From the NCBI GenBank assembly GCA_046296715.1, contig JBKBIN010000044.1:1-11152 (forward strand): a stretch of DNA of 11,152 nt, in the 5' to 3' direction. Made by a program: the position numbers and the translations under genes. Below the pieces are notes generated by a model, which was given only the letters and a program-made list of their open reading frames with translations, was not told the DNA's origin and ran no database searches. Positions 7,728-11,152 of this stretch are shown in pieces. The first letter of the stretch is position 1. Every line of letters begins with the position of its first letter. Origin of the DNA: Candidatus Ratteibacteria bacterium. Its GTDB lineage: Bacteria > Ratteibacteria > UBA8468 > B48-G9 > JAFGKM01.

Positions 7728-8864
7728 TTAAAAACCTGTATCTGCTTCTATTTTCTTTTTCATTTCTTCAGAAAACATCTTAAGAATTCCCTTTTCTTCA
7801 CTTTGTTGATATTTCAAATATATTGTTGTAACTTGGCCTTCCCATAGGTATTCATTTTCCTCTATTTTTTTTCCTTCACCAAATCTTTCTAAAGTTACTG
7901 TTTTTAAATTTTCAAAATTTTCTTTTCCTTTTGTTTCCACTAATACACTTTCAAACTGGTCTTTATAGAATCTATAAATAATTTTTTCAAGTTTTGCTTT
8001 TCCTATCTGCATATTTTCATCCGTTTTTAAATATTCCTTAAAGTTTCCTTCTTCCTTTATTAGTTTCAAATTTGGAACTTGAGAACTATTTGTGGTCCAT
8101 TTAATTCCTCTAAAACCATCTGGCTCATTTTTATATCTTTTTTCAGTTTCTTTACTTCCATATCTATAATAACTTTCAGGAACCAATCTTGATATTTCGT
8201 TTACTGCATTATTTAGCATAATCATAAGTGCTTCTCCTGTTGGTGTATTTTTATATTTTTCAAATCCACCCCCAAAAATAACTCCACTAATTCCTGCACC
8301 ACCAGCAACTCCAACTTTTGATTTTGATGCTTTCCCTTCAACTGTTGTAGAATTTATAATTCTCCTTGTCCTTACATCTATCAATCTTATTACAGCCTGA
8401 ATATATGCTTCTTCTTTTTTGACTGCAATACCAACTCCAAAAGGTGTTGGTATTACAAAGCCACCTCCAGATGTTCCTTCAGCATGTGGTTCAAAGGCAG
8501 TTATTGCCCCAACTACAATTATATCAGCAACTTCAAATGTCCCTTTTTCAAGTTCTTTCTTAGTCCAGCCAGTTTCTGCAAATTTGAATTCTTCTTCAAG
8601 GTCTTTTATTGCATCTTTTTCAACAACTATAAATTTACCAGTTTTAAAAAGAGCATCAACAAGCATATCTCTAATGCCATTTCCCATTTCCCATGTTGCT
8701 TTTGGTGCTTTTACATCAAATCTTGCAACTGCTATCCTTGCTTTTGGGCCCTCATATTTAATTACTTCTTCAACTGTAATTTGTCCTGTTTTAACTTCTG
8801 TTTTTACCTGACAAAACAAAGAAATGATTAAAGACAAAAAAATTAAAATATATTTTTTTTTCAT
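7728..8864 (-). CDS. CsgG/HfaB family exported protein with additional C-terminal domain
   Basis: Signal peptide MKKKYILIFLSLIISLFC. CsgG-type segments 'RIAVARFD', 'GIRDMLVDALFKTGKFIVVEK', 'ADIIVVGAITAFE' and 'IRLIDVRTRRII', plus two Gly-rich hydrophobic hairpins. About 130 extra aa start near 'NEPDGFRGIKW'. AGGAGG SD at 8869-8874 (minus). Confidence 0.78.
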   Translation of the reverse strand: MKKKYILIFLSLIISLFCQVKTEVKTGQITVEEVIKYEGPKARIAVARFDVKAPKATWEMGNGIRDMLVDALFKTGKFIVVEKDAIKDLEEEFKFAETGWTKKELEKGTFEVADIIVVGAITAFEPHAEGTSGGGFVIPTPFGVGIAVKKEEAYIQAVIRLIDVRTRRIINSTTVEGKASKSKVGVAGGAGISGVIFGGGFEKYKNTPTGEALMIMLNNAVNEISRLVPESYYRYGSKETEKRYKNEPDGFRGIKWTTNSSQVPNLKLIKEEGNFKEYLKTDENMQIGKAKLEKIIYRFYKDQFESVLVETKGKENFENLKTVTLERFGEGKKIEENEYLWEGQVTTIYLKYQQSEEKGILKMFSEEMKKKIEADTGF

Positions 8865-8876
8865 TTCGCCTCCTTT

Positions 8877-9806
8877 TTATCCAAAAAATTTTAGTTGATT
8901 TCTATAACCACATAAAAACTGAGAAATTGACATCCTTTTTTTTCCTTCAAGTTGTAATTCTTTTATCTTTATCGTTCCTTCTCCACAGGCAACTTCTATA
9001 TAATCTTTCTCTATTTTTATTATTTCTCCTTCTTTACCAAATTTCCCTTTTTTATTTCCTATCTCTGTTTTGTAAATTTTAACAAGTTTCTTTGTAGAAT
9101 TAGTTGATAAGTATGTATAAGCAGTAGGCCAGATTATAACCCCTCTTACAAGATTATGTATTTTTTCTGCAGTGCTATCCCATTTTATTAGTCCATCTTC
9201 TTTTTTTAATTTACGAGCATAAGATATTTCCCCTTTTTGAGGATATGTTTTGCCACCCTGTTTTACTATTTTTATTCCTTCATATAAGAGATCAGATGCA
9301 AGAAAAGATAACCTATTTTTTAATGTAAATGCATTATCAAAAGGGGAGATTTCAACTTCTTTTTGAATTATAATTTGTCCTGTATCTATGTTTTCATCCA
9401 TTTTTATTATTGTTATTCCTGTTTTTGTTTCTCCGTTAATTAAAGCCCATTCAATTGGAGCAGGCCCTCTATATTTTGGCAAAAGCGAAGGGTGAACATT
9501 TATAGAAGCAATTTTTGGTATTTTTAATATAGAAGAAGGGAGTATTTTTCCATAAGAAATCAATATAATCAAATCAGGTAAAATTTTTTTTATTTTATCA
9601 ATAAAACTTTCTTCAAATCTTTCAGGTTGATATACATTAATTCCATTTGCTATAGCCCATTCTTTTACCGGTGTTGGAGATATTTTTAAACCTCTTCCTT
9701 TGGGTTTATCAGGAGAAGTAACAACACAAACAACCTCAAAATTTCTTTTTAACATTTCAAGCGATGGTATCCCAAAATTATCACTTCCAAAAAATATTAT
9801 TTTCAT
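8877..9806 (-). CDS. fmt: Methionyl-tRNA formyltransferase
   Basis: 'MKIIFFGS', 'VVTSPDKPKGRG', 'SYGKILP', 'INVHPSLLPKYRGPAPI', 'MDENIDTG' and C-terminal 'LQLEGKKRM...FLCG'. Confidence 0.97.
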   Translation of the reverse strand: MKIIFFGSDNFGIPSLEMLKRNFEVVCVVTSPDKPKGRGLKISPTPVKEWAIANGINVYQPERFEESFIDKIKKILPDLIILISYGKILPSSILKIPKIASINVHPSLLPKYRGPAPIEWALINGETKTGITIIKMDENIDTGQIIIQKEVEISPFDNAFTLKNRLSFLASDLLYEGIKIVKQGGKTYPQKGEISYARKLKKEDGLIKWDSTAEKIHNLVRGVIIWPTAYTYLSTNSTKKLVKIYKTEIGNKKGKFGKEGEIIKIEKDYIEVACGEGTIKIKELQLEGKKRMSISQFLCGYRNQLKFFG

Positions 9807-10741
9807 TTCTGAAAAATTAAAGATGCAGCGGCAACAATTCCAGCATCAACACCAAGACCAGCAGGAACAACTCTTAAATTTTTTGATAAAATTTTCATTG
9901 CTCTTTCTTTAATTGTCTTTTCAATCGTATCAAATAAAATTTTACCTGCCTGTGCAATTCCACCTCCAATTACTATTAGATCAGGATTTAAAAGGTTGAC
10001 TAAACTTGCAAACATCGCACCAAGACAGACACCCACATCTATCCATATACTTTCTGCAAATTCATCTCCAAGATTATATGCATCCGAAATTGTTTTAGGA
10101 GTTATTTTACTCAAATCACCATTTACAAGTTCATAAATTTTTGTTTTTTCTCCGTTTTTAATGCCTTTAAGAGCTCTTTCTACAATATAATCTCTTCCAA
10201 CAAATCTTTCTATACATCCAATATTTCCACATTTACATTTTGGCCCTCTATAATCAATTGTAATATGACCTATTTCAACGGCAGAATATTTACCACCTCT
10301 TAAAAGTTTTCCATCTTTAACAATCCCACCACCAAGACCAGTTCCAAGAGTAATACATATCATAGTTTTGCTTCCTTTCCCTGCTCCAAAAAGATATTCT
10401 CCCCATGCAATAGTATTTACATCATTTTCCACAACAACTTTCTTTTTAAATTTTTCTTCAAATATTTTCTTTAAGTTAATATTATCCCATTCAGGAAGAT
10501 TTGGTGCTTCATAAACGATTCCTTGGTCATCTACAACTCCTGGAGTCCCAATCCCTATTCCTTCAATATCTGGTTCAAAAGCAAATTCAATACTTTTTTC
10601 TATTTGAGTTAACACTATTTCTCTATCATTTTTTTCTGCAAGAGTTGGAAATTGTTGTTTCTTTAAAATTTTACCAGTTTCATCAACAAGTCCTGCTTTT
10701 ATATATGTCCCTCCCAAATCTATCCCCACTGCCTTTTTCAC
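9803..10741 (-). CDS. ROK family sugar kinase (probable glucokinase)
   Basis: 'GIDLGGT', 'GIGTPG', 'ENDVN', 'TLGTGLGGG', 'EIGH' and Zn motif 'CKCGNIGCIE'. No N-terminal HTH, so a kinase rather than a repressor. GTG start with AGGAGGTG SD; ATGA overlap with fmt. Confidence 0.92.
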   Translation of the reverse strand: MKKAVGIDLGGTYIKAGLVDETGKILKKQQFPTLAEKNDREIVLTQIEKSIEFAFEPDIEGIGIGTPGVVDDQGIVYEAPNLPEWDNINLKKIFEEKFKKKVVVENDVNTIAWGEYLFGAGKGSKTMICITLGTGLGGGIVKDGKLLRGGKYSAVEIGHITIDYRGPKCKCGNIGCIERFVGRDYIVERALKGIKNGEKTKIYELVNGDLSKITPKTISDAYNLGDEFAESIWIDVGVCLGAMFASLVNLLNPDLIVIGGGIAQAGKILFDTIEKTIKERAMKILSKNLRVVPAGLGVDAGIVAAASLIFQK

Positions 10742-10746
10742 TTTTT

Positions 10747-10754
10747 CACCTCCT
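10747..10754 (-). promoter_or_regulatory. Shine-Dalgarno site of the ROK kinase gene
   Basis: AGGAGGTG on the minus strand; the AGGAGG core lies 7 nt upstream of the GTG start at 10741. Confidence 0.75.
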
Positions 10755-10874
10755 TTTTTCTTTATTTACTCATAAAAAACAAAAATAGTCAAATCCTGCA
10801 ATTTTTTAAATTCGTTTACATTTTTCATTTTTTCACCAATGTTGGTTAACATTTAATTTTCCTTCTTTTTTGTA

Positions 10875-10886
10875 TATAATATTATA
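10875..10886. promoter_or_regulatory. Candidate back-to-back sigma70 -10 elements (bidirectional promoter)
   Basis: Perfect palindrome TATAATATTATA gives a consensus TATAAT on each strand within the only sizeable intergenic region. No convincing -35 box seen. Confidence 0.4.
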
Positions 10887-10895
10887 GAAATTAAG

Positions 10896-11152
10896 ATGAG
10901 AAAAACTTTATATAAATTTAGGGAATTAGATGATAAAAGATTTATAGAATTGATTGTTCCTTATCTGAAAATAGGTGGATTTTTTTCAGATGCTTATTCT
11001 ATAAAATGCTTTACGGAAAACTTAAACTTGTTGAAAAATGTATAAAAGAAGTTATTGAAGAAAAAATTGAACAAGGTTTATTTGATAGTAATTTTAAAAA
11101 TGAGATTTTAAATGCGTTATTTTGGGAAAACCCTGCAAATATATATAATATA
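10896..11152 (+). pseudogene. Truncated, frameshifted remnant of an amidohydrolase/uronate-isomerase-like gene (C-terminal part only)
   Basis: 10896-11045 reads MRKTLYKFRELDDKRFIELIVPYLKIGGFFSDAYSIK...; another frame from ~11006 reads LYGKLKLVEKCIKEVIEEKIEQGLFDSNFKNEILNALFWENPANIYNI. Joined, they resemble the amidohydrolase C-terminus pattern 'vP..Ki.gf.SDay..e..ygk......ia.vl.e.i..g........i...lf.eNp..iy'. Confidence 0.5.

Noticed and set aside
6552..10788. Plus-strand ORFs 6552-6737, 6833-7054, 7367-7558, 8419-8811, 8484-8831, 9700-9912 and 10501-10788
   Set aside because: Antisense shadows of the minus-strand operon genes, with no motifs or clear SD.
1..11152. CRISPR arrays, tRNA/rRNA, IS elements, long repeats, intrinsic terminators
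   Set aside because: None seen. The window is almost fully coding, and the only sizeable intergenic region (10742-10895) has no repeat array or GC-rich hairpin.

Overview
AT-rich bacterial window (bacterial fmt, strong AGGAGG Shine-Dalgarno sites) with two convergent, tightly packed gene runs. Plus strand: 3' end of a GT4 glycosyltransferase, RsbW-like anti-sigma/HATPase, SDR oxidoreductase, tRNA m1A58 methyltransferase TrmI, a hexulose-6-phosphate synthase (Hps)-RraA/MenG fusion, a type II restriction-modification pair (beta-class DPPY adenine methyltransferase plus HpyAIV-like endonuclease, probably GANTC), and an NfnA/SudB-like FAD/2Fe-2S subunit. Minus strand: ROK sugar kinase, fmt, a CsgG/HfaB-family protein with an extra C-terminal domain, a TIM-barrel sugar-phosphate isomerase/epimerase and a PIG-L deacetylase. 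The most notable feature is that the endonuclease gene is split by a single +1 frame change exactly at a CCC-TGA-A 'shifty stop'. This could be leaky ribosomal frameshifting, a recent inactivation or a sequencing error. The right end holds a divergent promoter region and a frameshifted remnant of an amidohydrolase-like gene. Family assignments are from motif recognition and memory, not database searches.
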